Origin: Blastocatellia bacterium
GTDB taxonomy: Bacteria > Acidobacteriota > Blastocatellia > UBA7656
Direction of reading: 5' to 3'
DNA length: 64,000 nt
Assembly (NCBI GenBank): GCA_963765495.1
Contig: CAVXWP010000012.1
Coordinates: 128,001 to 192,000, forward strand
In this document: positions 10,676 to 21,789 of the stretch, piece after piece
How positions within the stretch are numbered: position 1 is the first letter of the stretch
How the letters are laid out: each line of letters opens with the position of its first letter
Notes under the pieces: model-generated
Seen by the model: the letters and a program-made list of their open reading frames with translations, nothing else
Database searches by the model: none
What the model was told of the DNA's origin: nothing
Translations under genes and position numbers: made by a program

Positions 10676-11209
10676 TTAAGGTTCGATAAGGCCGAAGTTG
10701 CCGTCTTTGCGTTTATACAGGACTCCGACCTTGCTTGTTTCCGAGTCGCGAAATACGATGAACTGATCGGGCGAATCTTCCACGATCACGGCCGCTTCTT
10801 CGGGTGTCATGGGCTTTACACGGTAGCGGCGCGCAGAGATTATGCGCGGGGCTGGCGGAGCCGCCTCTATAGCGCCGCCGGGCACCGGGGCCACGTCTTT
10901 TACGGAAGCCCGCTTGCGCTTCTTGGCGTGAAATTTCTCTTTTAGCTTCAGAACCTGTTTTTTTACTTTATCGGCGGCCGTGGCGATGGATTGATTGATG
11001 TCCGTGTGCTCGCCTATGCCTCTGAAAACGTTGTCGCGCCAGTAAACGATTATCTCAGCATACATGCGGTGCTTTTCAGACGATAATATTACGTGCGCAT
11101 TCATAGGCGCGGAATCGAGCACGCGGTCGAGTTTTCCCAATTCCTTTCGAGTCAGTTTTTCGATTGCCGGGGTGACCTGTATATGTCGTCCGGTAAATTC
11201 AAATTCCAT
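10676..11209 (-). CDS. hpf: ribosome hibernation promoting factor, long form
   Basis: MEFEFTGRHIQVT N-domain plus C-terminal KPMTPEEA...VLYKRKDGNFGLIEP; directly downstream of rpoN. Confidence 0.93.
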   Translation of the reverse strand: MEFEFTGRHIQVTPAIEKLTRKELGKLDRVLDSAPMNAHVILSSEKHRMYAEIIVYWRDNVFRGIGEHTDINQSIATAADKVKKQVLKLKEKFHAKKRKRASVKDVAPVPGGAIEAAPPAPRIISARRYRVKPMTPEEAAVIVEDSPDQFIVFRDSETSKVGVLYKRKDGNFGLIEP

Positions 11210-11335
11210 CTTTCGTCTCCCAGAAAAAAGTCTATATGAAAAGTGACTGCCGGAGTGGCCCTTATGATAAAGCCGGTTTAGCCTCGGCGGGCGGCCTTTG
11301 GCATAAAGCAAGGGCGAGAGGCCGGCAGATACAGA

Positions 11336-12886
11336 TCAGACGATGGCGCGGCGCTCCCTGGAACCGGGTATATTCATCTGGTCGCGGTACTTGGCTACGG
11401 TGCGGCGACTCATCTTTACGCCCTCCCTGGCCAGGCGCTTGGCGATCTCATCATCCGTAAGGGGGTGGTGTGAATCTTCGGCTTCAATCATCTTCTTTAT
11501 TTGCAGTTTGAGCACGCGAGTAGAGACATCTTCTCCCGTGTCTGACTTCATGCCTTCGGTAAAGAATCGGCGCAACTCATAGACGCCCTGCGGCGTGTTG
11601 ACATATTTGCGATTCACGACGCGCGAGACCGTGCTCAGGTGCATCCCGATGTCTTCGGCCACATCTTTGAGCATCATGGGTCTGAGGTGTTCTATGCCGT
11701 GATCGAGAAATTCGTGCTGACGTTCGACTATAGACTGGCACACGCGATAGATCGTCTGACGCCGATGCTCGATATTCTTGAGCAAATCGACTGCCGAGCG
11801 GAACCGCTCCTTTATGTAATCGCGCGTCTCTTTAGAAGAGTCTTTCGATTCCATCATCTGCCGGTATGTTTTATTGATTCGCAGATGCGGCATGCCGTCA
11901 TCCTCAAAGCGGATAACGTAATCGTCGCCTACTTTTTCGATTGTGACTTCCGGGACGACGGGCTGCGCCTCTTCGGCTGAAAATTTGCGGCCCGGTTTTG
12001 GGTCGAGTTTCTTGATGATCTCCATCTCTTCAAGAATCTCTTCGACCGAGACGCCGAGATTTTTGGCAAGCTCGGGCAGCTTGTGTGTTTGCAGGCTCTC
12101 CAGATGTTCGCGAACCATCACGGTCGCCAATCGATCAGCAAAGCCGTAATAGTCGAGCTGGATCAACAAAGATTCGCGCACATCTCTTGCGGCGACTCCC
12201 ACGGGGTCCAGACGCTGGATTATGTGGAGCGCGTGCTCGACCACCTCGACCGGCCACGGTCCCATCGCGGCTATCTCTTCGACGGTCGCGTCGAGGAATC
12301 CTGTGTTTTCATCGAGGTTGCCGATTATGGCTTCGCCCGCCGCGCGCACATCATCCGAGATGTCAGTCAGATGAAGCTGCCAGATCAGTTGCTCGTAAAG
12401 AGACTGGGACCGCGTGAGCATGTTTTCGAATGAAACGTCGTCCTTAAACTCGTACTCGTGTGTCTTATAGCCGGGGTCGAGGTACTCTTCAAACGTAGAG
12501 CCGAAATCTATCTCTTCAAATGAATCCCGCTCGCGCTCAGGTTCGGTGTCGCCCGCGTCCTGACTTGCCGAGGTGCCGTCGGTCTGCGCCTGAGTTTCGG
12601 CGCGAGATTCACTGGCAGAATCGGGTTCGGATTTGGTTCGGTCGGCGGCTGTGTGGTCGGCGGTTGTGGCATCGATGGTTGCCAGATCATCGCTCAGCGA
12701 TGAGTGTTCGTCGCCGGATTCGCCCGGTGCCAGTTCTTCGAGGATGGGGTTTGCGGCAAGCTCTGTCGTTACCATGTCGGACAGTTCGAGCTTGGTCATC
12801 GCCAGCAGCTCGATGCGCTGCCGCATCTGCGGAGTTAATACCAATCGTTGCGAAAGACTTGTTTGAAGATGTGGCTTGACCGACAT
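11336..12886 (-). CDS. rpoN: RNA polymerase sigma-54 factor
   Basis: LTPQM region I, HLSTVSR HTH, RpoN box SRRTVAKYR. Confidence 0.97.
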   Translation of the reverse strand: MSVKPHLQTSLSQRLVLTPQMRQRIELLAMTKLELSDMVTTELAANPILEELAPGESGDEHSSLSDDLATIDATTADHTAADRTKSEPDSASESRAETQAQTDGTSASQDAGDTEPERERDSFEEIDFGSTFEEYLDPGYKTHEYEFKDDVSFENMLTRSQSLYEQLIWQLHLTDISDDVRAAGEAIIGNLDENTGFLDATVEEIAAMGPWPVEVVEHALHIIQRLDPVGVAARDVRESLLIQLDYYGFADRLATVMVREHLESLQTHKLPELAKNLGVSVEEILEEMEIIKKLDPKPGRKFSAEEAQPVVPEVTIEKVGDDYVIRFEDDGMPHLRINKTYRQMMESKDSSKETRDYIKERFRSAVDLLKNIEHRRQTIYRVCQSIVERQHEFLDHGIEHLRPMMLKDVAEDIGMHLSTVSRVVNRKYVNTPQGVYELRRFFTEGMKSDTGEDVSTRVLKLQIKKMIEAEDSHHPLTDDEIAKRLAREGVKMSRRTVAKYRDQMNIPGSRERRAIV

Positions 12887-12893
12887 AATTAAA

Positions 12894-12977
12894 TCAGTGG
12901 TCGGTGGTCAGTGGTCGGTGGTCAGTAATTTAATACCGGAACTACCGGCCACTGACCATCGGCCACCGATCACCGCC
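12894..12977. repeat. heptamer (TC(A/G)GTGG) fold-back element
   Basis: tcagtgg tcggtgg tcagtgg tcggtgg tcagt, then a degenerate complementary arm at 12941-12977; fills the lptB-rpoN gap. Confidence 0.88.
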
Positions 12978-12979
12978 AT

Positions 12980-13789
12980 TCACATTCTGAAATTCTCCCC
13001 AAGATACACTCGTTTGACTTCCTCATCGCGCGTCAGCTCATCGGGCGTCCCCGCGCGAAATATGCGCCCGTCGTTTATTATATACGCTCTGTCCGTTATG
13101 GCCAGAGTCTCTCGCACATTATGATCGGTTATCAACACCCCGATCCCGCGCGCGCGAAGCTTTTGCTGAATGCGTTGTATATCAATAACGGCTATCGGGT
13201 CAATGCCCGCGAAAGGCTCGTCGAGCAAAATAAATCTGGGCTCGATCACCAGACAGCGAGCGATCTCCGTGCGCCTGCGCTCCCCGCCCGAAAGCTGGTA
13301 CGCTTTGGTATGACGCACGTAAGCGATGTCGAGTTCGTCGAGCAATATCTCAAGCCGATGTTCGCGCTCGCGTTTCGTGAGCGGGAGGGTCTGGAGCACA
13401 AGCAATATATTTTCTTCCACCGAAAGCTTGCGAAAAACCGACGCTTCCTGTGGCAGATAGCTTATGCCGTTACGGGCGCGCAGGTACATCGGAAGGCGCG
13501 AAATATCCTGTGAATCGAGGTATATCTTGCCCGCGTCCGGGCGCTCGAGCCCCACTATCATTGCAAAGATCGTTGTCTTGCCTGCACCGTTCGGCCCAAG
13601 CAACCCGACAATTTCACCCTGTCTTATCTGAAGCGATACGTCGTTGACGACGGCGCGCTTGCGATAAGACTTCATCAATCTCTCTACGCCGAGAATACTC
13701 GTTTCTTGTAAGGGAATTTTTGCGCTAAGGTCAGGCTGGGGCTGATTGGCGCTTTCGGTTGCTGATTCGATCAAAGAGACATCCTCCAT
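12980..13789 (-). CDS. lptB: LPS export ABC transporter ATP-binding protein
   Basis: [53 protein letters not shown]. Confidence 0.96.
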   Translation of the reverse strand: MEDVSLIESATESANQPQPDLSAKIPLQETSILGVERLMKSYRKRAVVNDVSLQIRQGEIVGLLGPNGAGKTTIFAMIVGLERPDAGKIYLDSQDISRLPMYLRARNGISYLPQEASVFRKLSVEENILLVLQTLPLTKREREHRLEILLDELDIAYVRHTKAYQLSGGERRRTEIARCLVIEPRFILLDEPFAGIDPIAVIDIQRIQQKLRARGIGVLITDHNVRETLAITDRAYIINDGRIFRAGTPDELTRDEEVKRVYLGENFRM

Positions 13790-13803
13790 TATCTGCTGTG
13801 CCT

Positions 13804-16317
13804 CTACTCTCTCTGCTCTTTCGCCAGGCGATGAGTTGATCGAACGCGCCCTGTGCCCTGATTTTCGACGAAAATCTTATCATCGTGACTATACAAAGTC
13901 AATTGAGCGCCTATGGTCGTACCCTGCTCATCCGAATCAACTCTCGCGTTTTTCCCGGTCAAAACCGCCCGCCCATCGTCGGCAGTGTAATTGAGCTTAT
14001 CGCCTGTTCCCCGGCGTCCCGGCTGAGTCATCACTACGTCGCCCGTGGCAATCAGGTGATCTATCTCATTGGTTTCCTGCTTGAGGTACGAGTCAATAGA
14101 TGCGGCGTCAATTCGATCCGTGCCCTGTCGCGCCTTTACCTTGCCGTCGTAGTGGACGAGTCGTTCTTTGTCGGAGTAAGTCATGCGCTCTGCGGAGGCA
14201 AAGCCCGGCACGACTTCGTGTTTGCCGGGCTCGGCTTCACGATTGACTTTGTAGAGCGCGCTATCGACATTGCCCGTGGCAATCATCTTTTTCTCTTCCT
14301 GATAAAGTTCTATCCGGTCGGCCTTCACAAAATTGTCATCCTGCCATGCGCGGGCATTTATAGTGTATACCGCGATGCCGTCCTGATTGCGCAGGTCTGC
14401 GCGCTCGGCCGTTATGAAGACGGGCGATTTGGAGTTGCTGAAAGGAGTCGCATCATTTGTTGCCTCCCGATTGTAGTAAGTTGTGCGCACATCGCCGCGC
14501 CCGTGGGTTTCATCTTTCGCCCGGTCGTAATCAATCTCGTCGGCCTGCGTTCGCGCCTTTGCGTCCCACGCTACGGGGCGCTTGCCTCGCAGCTCAAGAA
14601 ACTCTTTCTGGTCGTCGTAGACGGCCCGGTCGGCGAGGGCGTTGCGGTCCCCTTCGTTGTATTTGAAATCGCCTTCCTGTGATATCTGCGACAGGTCTTG
14701 AGAATCGGGAAGAAAATTAGCCGTAAGCTCCCGGCTTGTCGTAACGCGAGGAGGATGCGTGTTTGCTACAAGCGATTCCACCTCTACTTTAACCCCTCCC
14801 GTGGCGTTGAATGTTTTGAGGCGACCGCCCTCTTCATAGAAATCTCCGGTCATAGAGGGAGCGTGAATAGTCTTTTTGTCAGCGCCCGCAACTGCCCGAA
14901 CCGGCGTGACGATCATCACCGCGTTGTCGTGCGCTACGGCGGTCTGAATGTTTCGCCCGTCGGGATAGAACTGCAATGTCACGTTGTCAGCCATCAACTC
15001 CCGGTTCGCAGGATTGTCCCGGTCGTTTGTGGGCGGCGGAGCGTGAACATAGACCGAAGCGCCGCCCTGGCCTACGAGCGTGTCGATACCGTTGCCTTGC
15101 TCGCCTTCGGCAAATTTAGCTTCGATGTTTTGCGCGCGGGCTTCTCTGAGCGGGTCGGGCCCGAGCGAGCGCGCGTAAGCGTTGCCTGTGGCCACGGCGC
15201 GAGACAGTTGATGATCGTCTCCGAAGAAGAAATCCATATCCGTAGACTTGATCTCGGCCTTGTCTTCCTGTTTGAGGTAAGAGTTGGTCCGCGCTTCTAT
15301 GCGCTCGATCTTGTTCGCATCATCCAGATAGCTGACCATGTGATCGGCGCGCATCTCGTCTGTGCCCTGATCGACTATGACGTTCGTGTCAAAGGTGGCG
15401 CGGTGCTCTTTCTTTTCAAGCAAAGCGGTCTGACAGCGAATATGCGTAGGTTTTTTTGGGGCGGACGGCCCGGCGGTTGAGTTTTGAGTTTTGAGTTTTG
15501 AGTTTTGAGTTTTGAGTTTTGAGTTTTGAGTTTTGAGTTTTGAGTTTTGAGTTTTCTGGTTTTGAGTTTGATTTTTCGATTTTTTAGCTGCCGATTCTTT
15601 GTTCTTCGATTGCTTGGCGAGTTTGCGCGCGCGCTTGCGAGCCTTGCGCGCCGCTTTCTCTTCCGGTGTTTCGTTTCGCTTCTTTTCGGCCTTGTCGCCT
15701 TTGTTCCCTGCTGCCCGAGGCTTGCCGTCCCCGTCCTTTTCGGGCTTGATGGTCAGGTCAACGTCTTTGAGCAGGTGAATACGTTCATCGGTCGCTTCGA
15801 TCAGCATCCCGGTCGAGCGGCCCGCGAGCTTTGGACCCTCGAATTCCACCAGTTCATTGCTGTCAACTGTGTTCTTTTGCTGATCGTAATGAAGGTAAGC
15901 GGTCTTGATGATCATCTCTTCGGTAGTCTCTACCACCACATTAGAGATAAACTCCGCGTCGAGCTTATTGAGGTCCGCAGGGTCACTCACTTTGGCGCGG
16001 TCGGCTGTGACTATATCTTTGCGAGTGCCTGCCGTGCCGTGAGATTCCAGCCTCACCTGTTCAAGCTCGTGCGTGCCGTCTTCGTAAGTCTTGTCTACGC
16101 CCGCCGTCAGGAGGAAACGCACCTGGCCTTCGACTTCGTGGGCGTAGCGGGTATTGTTAAAGACCGCCACCACTCGCCCCTGCAATTTTGGAGTGCTCTG
16201 ATCGGCATGAGGGCGATTGTCACGCACTTTGAGATAGACAACGAGCGCCACGGCTATCGATACGAAAAGCCCCAGCGCCGCCAGCTTGCCTGCCGATAAT
16301 AATTTGGTCCTAAACAT
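13804..16317 (-). CDS. fused LptC / multi-LptA(OstA) beta-jellyroll LPS bridge protein
   Basis: N-terminal TM anchor, LptC-like domain, basic linker, repeated OstA-like segments ([20 protein letters not shown]); immediately upstream of lptB. Confidence 0.8.
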   Translation of the reverse strand: MFRTKLLSAGKLAALGLFVSIAVALVVYLKVRDNRPHADQSTPKLQGRVVAVFNNTRYAHEVEGQVRFLLTAGVDKTYEDGTHELEQVRLESHGTAGTRKDIVTADRAKVSDPADLNKLDAEFISNVVVETTEEMIIKTAYLHYDQQKNTVDSNELVEFEGPKLAGRSTGMLIEATDERIHLLKDVDLTIKPEKDGDGKPRAAGNKGDKAEKKRNETPEEKAARKARKRARKLAKQSKNKESAAKKSKNQTQNQKTQNSKLKTQNSKLKTQNSKLKTQNSTAGPSAPKKPTHIRCQTALLEKKEHRATFDTNVIVDQGTDEMRADHMVSYLDDANKIERIEARTNSYLKQEDKAEIKSTDMDFFFGDDHQLSRAVATGNAYARSLGPDPLREARAQNIEAKFAEGEQGNGIDTLVGQGGASVYVHAPPPTNDRDNPANRELMADNVTLQFYPDGRNIQTAVAHDNAVMIVTPVRAVAGADKKTIHAPSMTGDFYEEGGRLKTFNATGGVKVEVESLVANTHPPRVTTSRELTANFLPDSQDLSQISQEGDFKYNEGDRNALADRAVYDDQKEFLELRGKRPVAWDAKARTQADEIDYDRAKDETHGRGDVRTTYYNREATNDATPFSNSKSPVFITAERADLRNQDGIAVYTINARAWQDDNFVKADRIELYQEEKKMIATGNVDSALYKVNREAEPGKHEVVPGFASAERMTYSDKERLVHYDGKVKARQGTDRIDAASIDSYLKQETNEIDHLIATGDVVMTQPGRRGTGDKLNYTADDGRAVLTGKNARVDSDEQGTTIGAQLTLYSHDDKIFVENQGTGRVRSTHRLAKEQRE
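15479..15555 (-). repeat. perfect (AAAACTC)11 tandem repeat inside the lptC/A CDS
   Basis: Counted 11 GAGTTTT units on the + strand; translates as KTQNSKL repeats. Confidence 0.97.
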
Positions 16318-16496
16318 AAAATTTCGAAACCTGCCGCGCGTGCAAAACAATCTGCGGCGCGATTTGCGCGCAAGTAAGATTCTTACATGTCAGATGAACA
16401 GGTGTCGAATTTAAATCATACGGCAATGAATTGGTACATCGTACGTAAGAGAAGTGTCGGATTTTTTTGACAGAACTAACGGGATTTACAAGATTT

Positions 16497-17582
16497 TTAA
16501 CTGCGCCAGCGCAAGGTCACGGTTTCCGAGATAGGATGTGTCATCTGCCCGCCGTTGCGCAGAGAGTCAAGATAAGCTGCCTTTAACTGAAAGTACCACC
16601 TTGCAGGGCGGTCTGCGTCATCAATGAGCAGCATCGCAGGGTTGTGTTTCAAACCTGCCGCCTGTTTCTCCATGGTCTGCTGGTCCTGGCGCAAAAATTT
16701 CTTTGCAAACAGGCGAAAGATCGACACTACGAAAGGCATTCGCGGGAAGAGATTCCACGCGGCGCAAAAATCTATGCGGCAATGATCGCTTCTGACAGGC
16801 GTCACAACTGCTCGACTGGAAAACCAGTAAGGCCCACAATGAATCTGTTCGAGGCGCATGTTTGGCAGCACAAATTCTATTGTGCTCGTGATCGGATGAC
16901 CGTAGACGCGCAACAGCTTGTAGGGCGCGCTGTTGGCCGACGGCGCGTGCGCGCGCATGCGAAACCCGTTTGGGATAGGTTCGAATACCTTCTCTTTTTC
17001 GTGAATGCTGCGCCGGCTTCTCCACCACCACGAGCGGTGAACAAACGGCCCGTGAGCCGGGTCCATCAATCCTATGATTCCATGATCTATATTGCAGGGC
17101 AGTTCCGCCGATAGATGGACAAGATTATAGCGGGGGCTGAATACTGGGAGGCGCGGCGCGGGCGGCGCATCTTTTGTTGAGCGCGGGCCCGGCAAGTAAA
17201 CCCAGATGTAACCGTCCTGCTCTTCACAGGGGAAGCTCTCGGCAAAGATGCGTTCGACTTTGAGCCTTGAATCAGAAGCGAGCGAGGGTATGTCTCGGCA
17301 TTGTCCCGTAGCGGCATCAAAGCGCCAGCCGTGATAACAGCATTCAATCAGTTTGCCGTCGAAATTCCCGCAGGAAAGAGGTATGCCCCGGTGTGGGCAG
17401 CTATCGCGCAGGGCGAATGCGCGTCCTTCGGCGTCACGGCCTACGACGAGCGGCACCCCAAGCAGCATGGCCGTTTTCAGCTTTTTGCCGTGCACTTGAG
17501 TGCTGCGAAGTGCCGTATACCAGAATCCCGGAAGCATTTCGCAATCTGGAGTGCTTGTCGTTTTGGATGCCGCGTCACTCAT
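16497..17582 (-). CDS. Rieske 2Fe-2S non-heme iron oxygenase alpha subunit (VanA-like)
   Basis: CPHRG...CCYHGW Rieske motif; DPAHGPFVH mononuclear Fe site. Confidence 0.88.
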   Translation of the reverse strand: MSDAASKTTSTPDCEMLPGFWYTALRSTQVHGKKLKTAMLLGVPLVVGRDAEGRAFALRDSCPHRGIPLSCGNFDGKLIECCYHGWRFDAATGQCRDIPSLASDSRLKVERIFAESFPCEEQDGYIWVYLPGPRSTKDAPPAPRLPVFSPRYNLVHLSAELPCNIDHGIIGLMDPAHGPFVHRSWWWRSRRSIHEKEKVFEPIPNGFRMRAHAPSANSAPYKLLRVYGHPITSTIEFVLPNMRLEQIHCGPYWFSSRAVVTPVRSDHCRIDFCAAWNLFPRMPFVVSIFRLFAKKFLRQDQQTMEKQAAGLKHNPAMLLIDDADRPARWYFQLKAAYLDSLRNGGQMTHPISETVTLRWRS

Positions 17583-17726
17583 GAAAAAACAATCATAACC
17601 TCTGAATTACCCGCCTGCCTCTCTAATCCTACCTCTCTAATAAGGGGCCGATGAGCAAAATCGAGCGAGCGATATATCGCTCACTCTGTCAAAAGCTAAA
17701 AGTGATAGCCGGTCTGCCGGATCAAA

Positions 17727-19478
17727 TCAACCTGAAATCTTAAGATCGGACAGCGTGAGTTGTGCCTGAGTGCTGTTGTTATAGGTATTTTCAGAGAGCA
17801 TGAAAGCGAGACTCACGTGATCGCCGGGGAATATATCGATTGCGTATTCGGCCGCCCCCCACCATAAACAATCTATCCATTTGTTGCCCTGCATGACGCG
17901 CATCTTCAAGTGTTTTTCCTTGAGCACGCGCGGAGCCGAGACTACCTGCGCGTTGTGCGTTTCGAAAATCGGCTGCGGGTTGCCCGGCCCGAACGGCTCG
18001 AGTTGCGAAATCTCTTGAATTGTTTCAAGGGTAGCCTGTTTGAGCGGAAGGCGATAATCGGTTTCAAGGATGGGGACCAAATCTTCATCCGAGATCATAC
18101 TGCTCGCATATTCGTTAAGCCGTCGCCTGAGTTCGCCTACGCGGTCTGCGCGCACAACCATTCCCGCCGCGTGCGCGTGGCCCCCGAAACGCTCGAACAA
18201 ATCGGCGCAGGCAGTAAGCCCGTCGAGCAGATGAAACGAAGCGACGGAGCGCCCGCTGCCGTGTCCGACCCCGTCCTCAAGAGAGATTATGATGGCCGGG
18301 CGGTTGAGATATTCAACGATCCTCGATGCGACTATACCTATCACGCCGCGATGCCAGCCTTCGCCCGCAACCACGGCGACGCGTGATTCGGATATAGCCG
18401 GGTTTCGATCAATTTCGGCCAGCACGCGAGCGAGCGTATCGGCTTCGGCCGCCTGGCGCGCTGCATTTTGCTCATTCATTTCAAGCGCCATCTGCATCGC
18501 CGTTTGAGCATCGGTTGCATCAAAGAGGTTGACGGCCGCGCTGGCCCCGGCCATCCTGCCCACGGCGTTTATGCGCGGACCTATGCGAAACCCCACGTCT
18601 ACGCACGACACGGGTCTGTCGGTGATGCCCGCGACTTCAAGCAGCGCGCGAAGGCCGAAGTTGTTAGGCCGGGCCAGCCCCCTGAGCCCGTGCTTTGCAA
18701 TGATGCGGTTTTCGCCTATGAGCGGAACTATGTCGGCGATAGTGCCGATGGCCGCGATCTTTATGAATGGTTCGACCAGCCGTTCCTGCCCACACGTGGT
18801 AAGCAGCGCCTGCGCAAGCTTGAAAGCCACCCCGCAACCCGCGAGGTCTTTGTTAGGATAAGCGCAATCACGCCGCTTCGGGTTGAGCACGGCATTGGCG
18901 CGCGGAATCTCCGCTTCGGGAAGGTGATGGTCGGTGATGATTATGTCAAGCTCAAGCGCGCGCGCCCTTTCGACAACCCCGTGCGCCCTTATTCCCGTAT
19001 CTACGCTGATAATGAGGCTGTAGCCTTGCGACTTGGCCATATCCATAGCGTCTTCGCGCAGACCATAACCATCCTTCAATCGTTCGGGGATGTAGTAACT
19101 CACATCCGCGCCTATCAACGAGAGCGCTTTCTTGAGTATGACGGTTGAGGTAGTGCCGTCTACGTCGTAATCGCCGTAGATCAAAATCTTTTTCCTGCGC
19201 TCGATTGCACTGAGTATGCATTTGACGGCCTCTTTCATATCGGCCATCTCGAAAGGGTCGTGAAGGTCTGAAATCTTCGGATGGAGGAATTTATAGGCCG
19301 CTTCCGGCTCATTGATGCCGCGATTGACAAGCAGGGTCGCGGTGATTTCAGACAGATTGAGCTCGCGAGCAAGTCTGGCTACAAGCGCCGTGTCGCACTG
19401 CGCCCGAACCCATCTCTTGTTTCGATTTTTGGAAGACATAGACACCACGCAACGCTGATTCGAATTTTGTTCATCCAC
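17727..19478 (-). CDS. recJ: single-stranded DNA exonuclease RecJ
   Basis: YGDYDVDG, DHH, PRINAVGR, GSGRS, FGGHAHAAG, EPFGPGNP. Confidence 0.96.
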   Translation of the reverse strand: MDEQNSNQRCVVSMSSKNRNKRWVRAQCDTALVARLARELNLSEITATLLVNRGINEPEAAYKFLHPKISDLHDPFEMADMKEAVKCILSAIERRKKILIYGDYDVDGTTSTVILKKALSLIGADVSYYIPERLKDGYGLREDAMDMAKSQGYSLIISVDTGIRAHGVVERARALELDIIITDHHLPEAEIPRANAVLNPKRRDCAYPNKDLAGCGVAFKLAQALLTTCGQERLVEPFIKIAAIGTIADIVPLIGENRIIAKHGLRGLARPNNFGLRALLEVAGITDRPVSCVDVGFRIGPRINAVGRMAGASAAVNLFDATDAQTAMQMALEMNEQNAARQAAEADTLARVLAEIDRNPAISESRVAVVAGEGWHRGVIGIVASRIVEYLNRPAIIISLEDGVGHGSGRSVASFHLLDGLTACADLFERFGGHAHAAGMVVRADRVGELRRRLNEYASSMISDEDLVPILETDYRLPLKQATLETIQEISQLEPFGPGNPQPIFETHNAQVVSAPRVLKEKHLKMRVMQGNKWIDCLWWGAAEYAIDIFPGDHVSLAFMLSENTYNNSTQAQLTLSDLKISG

Positions 19479-19586
19479 CCGGGCCTGCTTTATTTGCAGG
19501 CACTAAAATATCATAAACCGGGAGCCTCCGCACTATCCATGCAATCAGCAGGGCCATTCAGCTTTCCAAAATGTAGGATAGTAAAT

Positions 19587-19696
19587 TTGAAATAGGCCGG
19601 GACGGACGCGGATTAGACGGATAAACACGGATTAAATCATATAAGGTCTAATCCGCGTAAATCCGCCGCATCCGTGTCATCCGCGGCCTATTTCAA
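19587..19696. repeat. 9-nt periodic (CGGAT core) fold-back element with AATAGGCC/GGCCTATT termini
   Basis: Arms 19587-19634 and 19649-19696; near-identical copy at 36641-36743. Confidence 0.9.
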
Positions 19697-19927
19697 CTCG
19701 CCTTTGCTTCAAATCAACCTTTGATATTGTTTTCACCTATCACCTGTAGGTCAAAAACTGAACGGCCCTGATCATCCTGAGCATAGCGCCCGATTGGCCC
19801 CGGCTTGCGCGCAGGCAGTCATTCTGCTAATTTCCGAAGACCAAATTTCATAATCCGTACCGAAGCATATATCTGTATTTCCATTGCCCGGCTCTGCCCG
19901 TGATTTTGGAGAGAGAGAGGACCAGCT

Positions 19928-21787
19928 ATGCGCCTTGACACAATAGACATTGTCATTCTGGCCGTCTACTTCGTGATGATGATTCTCATAGGTATATACG
20001 TCACAAAGAAGGCTTCCAGGAATCTCGACTCATATTTCCTGGGCGGCAAGAGCATGCCGTGGTGGCTGCTGGGTCTGTCGAACGCCTCGGCGATGTGGGA
20101 CATCACGGGGACGATGTGGCTTGTCTACAACCTGTTCACATACGGGATTAAGGGCGTGTGGATGCCGTGGTTGTGGCCTACGTTTAACCAGATATTTCTT
20201 ATGGTCTATCTGGCGCGATGGATTCGCCGGTCAAATGTATTGACGGGCGGCGAGTGGATCACAACTCGCTTTGGCGCGGGCCGGGGCGGAGAGTTGTCGC
20301 GCCTCATCATAGTCATCTTTGCCATAGTTTCTGTAGCCATTTTTATCAGCTACGACTTTCAGGGCATGGGCAAATTCTGCGCGGTCTTTCTGCCCTGGGG
20401 TTATTCACCAAACACCTATGCGGTAGCCATCATGGCCGTGACGGCCATTTACGTAGTGCTCGGCGGGATGTTGAGCGTAGTGCTTACGGACTTCGCGCAA
20501 TTCGTCCTGATGGCGATTGCCAGCGTCGCCATCGGCGTTATAGCCATGATGAGGGTCAGCCCTGAAATGCTCGCTGCTGCAACGCCCGCAGGCTGGGGCA
20601 ATATCTTCTTCGGCATGAATTTGAATCTCGACTGGTCGGGCATCCTGCCTGTGATGAACGACAAGATACAAGGGGATGGAATGTCCTCGCTCTTTGGCCT
20701 TTTTTTCAGCGTGATGGTAATCAAGGGAATACTGTCGAGCATGGCCGGGCCTGCGCCCAATTACGACATGCAGCGCATTCTGGCCGCGAAAAGCCCGAAA
20801 GAGGCGAGTCTGATGAGCGCCATCGTCTCTGTATGCCTGGTGCCACGCTGGATGATGATAGGCGGCGTGACGGCGCTCGCGGTGATATTCATAACGCCGC
20901 AGTTCAAAGAGATGGTCGCAAACGGCCAGAAGATTGATTTCGAGCTTGTGTTGCCTTATGTCATAAACAACTTCCTGCCCGCCGGGCTTACGGGGTTGAT
21001 ACTTGCGGGTTTGCTTTCGGCCTTTATGTCTACCTTTAGCGCCACGGTCAACGCGGGCGCGGCCTATATGGTCAACGATATTTACAAGCGATATATCAAT
21101 CCGCGGGCAAACAACAGGCGACTGCTGACCGCAAGTTATCTGAGTTCGGTTCTGATTCTTGTAGTCGGAATGACTATCGGATTCTTTATCTCGTCAATCA
21201 ACGACATCACACTATGGATCGTATCGGGTCTTTACGGAGGCTACACGGCGGCGAACCTGCTCAAGTGGCACTGGTGGCGGCTGAACGGATACGGCTATTT
21301 CTGGGGGATGGTCACAGGGATTGCGGCGGCATTGCTTATGCCCTACATCGCGCCAAACCTGAACGCGCTTTACGGCTTTCCATTTATCCTTGCCGTGTCG
21401 GCGCTGGCAAGCGTTTTTGGAAGTATTTTGTCCCCGCAGGAAAGTGAAGAGACGCTCAAGCGATTTTATCGTCAGGTGCGCCCCTGGGGACTGTGGAAAC
21501 CCGTTTACGAAATGGCCGTCAAAGACGACCCGACGCTTGAGGCGAACAAAGACTTTGCACGCGACGCAGTCAATTGCGTGGTCGGCACCGTCTGGCAACT
21601 GTCGCTTGTTACTACACCGGTCTACCTGATCTTCAGAGACATGAAAGGGCTGTGGATTTCACTTGCGGTCCTCGTCGCTACGACCGCCTTTTTGAAGATC
21701 TTCTGGTACGACCATCTGTCAAAGGAATCTGTAGAATCATCGGAGCCGGTCTATACCCCCGCGCCGCAGAATGTCGCGGCCGATTGA
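19928..21787 (+). CDS. sodium:solute symporter family sugar transporter
   Basis: YFLGGKSMPWW, MQRILAAKS, AFMST motifs; about 14 TM; first gene of the mannan locus. Confidence 0.9.
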   Translation: MRLDTIDIVILAVYFVMMILIGIYVTKKASRNLDSYFLGGKSMPWWLLGLSNASAMWDITGTMWLVYNLFTYGIKGVWMPWLWPTFNQIFLMVYLARWIRRSNVLTGGEWITTRFGAGRGGELSRLIIVIFAIVSVAIFISYDFQGMGKFCAVFLPWGYSPNTYAVAIMAVTAIYVVLGGMLSVVLTDFAQFVLMAIASVAIGVIAMMRVSPEMLAAATPAGWGNIFFGMNLNLDWSGILPVMNDKIQGDGMSSLFGLFFSVMVIKGILSSMAGPAPNYDMQRILAAKSPKEASLMSAIVSVCLVPRWMMIGGVTALAVIFITPQFKEMVANGQKIDFELVLPYVINNFLPAGLTGLILAGLLSAFMSTFSATVNAGAAYMVNDIYKRYINPRANNRRLLTASYLSSVLILVVGMTIGFFISSINDITLWIVSGLYGGYTAANLLKWHWWRLNGYGYFWGMVTGIAAALLMPYIAPNLNALYGFPFILAVSALASVFGSILSPQESEETLKRFYRQVRPWGLWKPVYEMAVKDDPTLEANKDFARDAVNCVVGTVWQLSLVTTPVYLIFRDMKGLWISLAVLVATTAFLKIFWYDHLSKESVESSEPVYTPAPQNVAAD

Positions 21788-21789
21788 AG

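Noticed and set aside
16465-16497. Degenerate single-arm 9-mer remnants (also near 39915-39940)
   Set aside because: Resemble the ACAGGATT family but lack a complementary arm; too decayed to call
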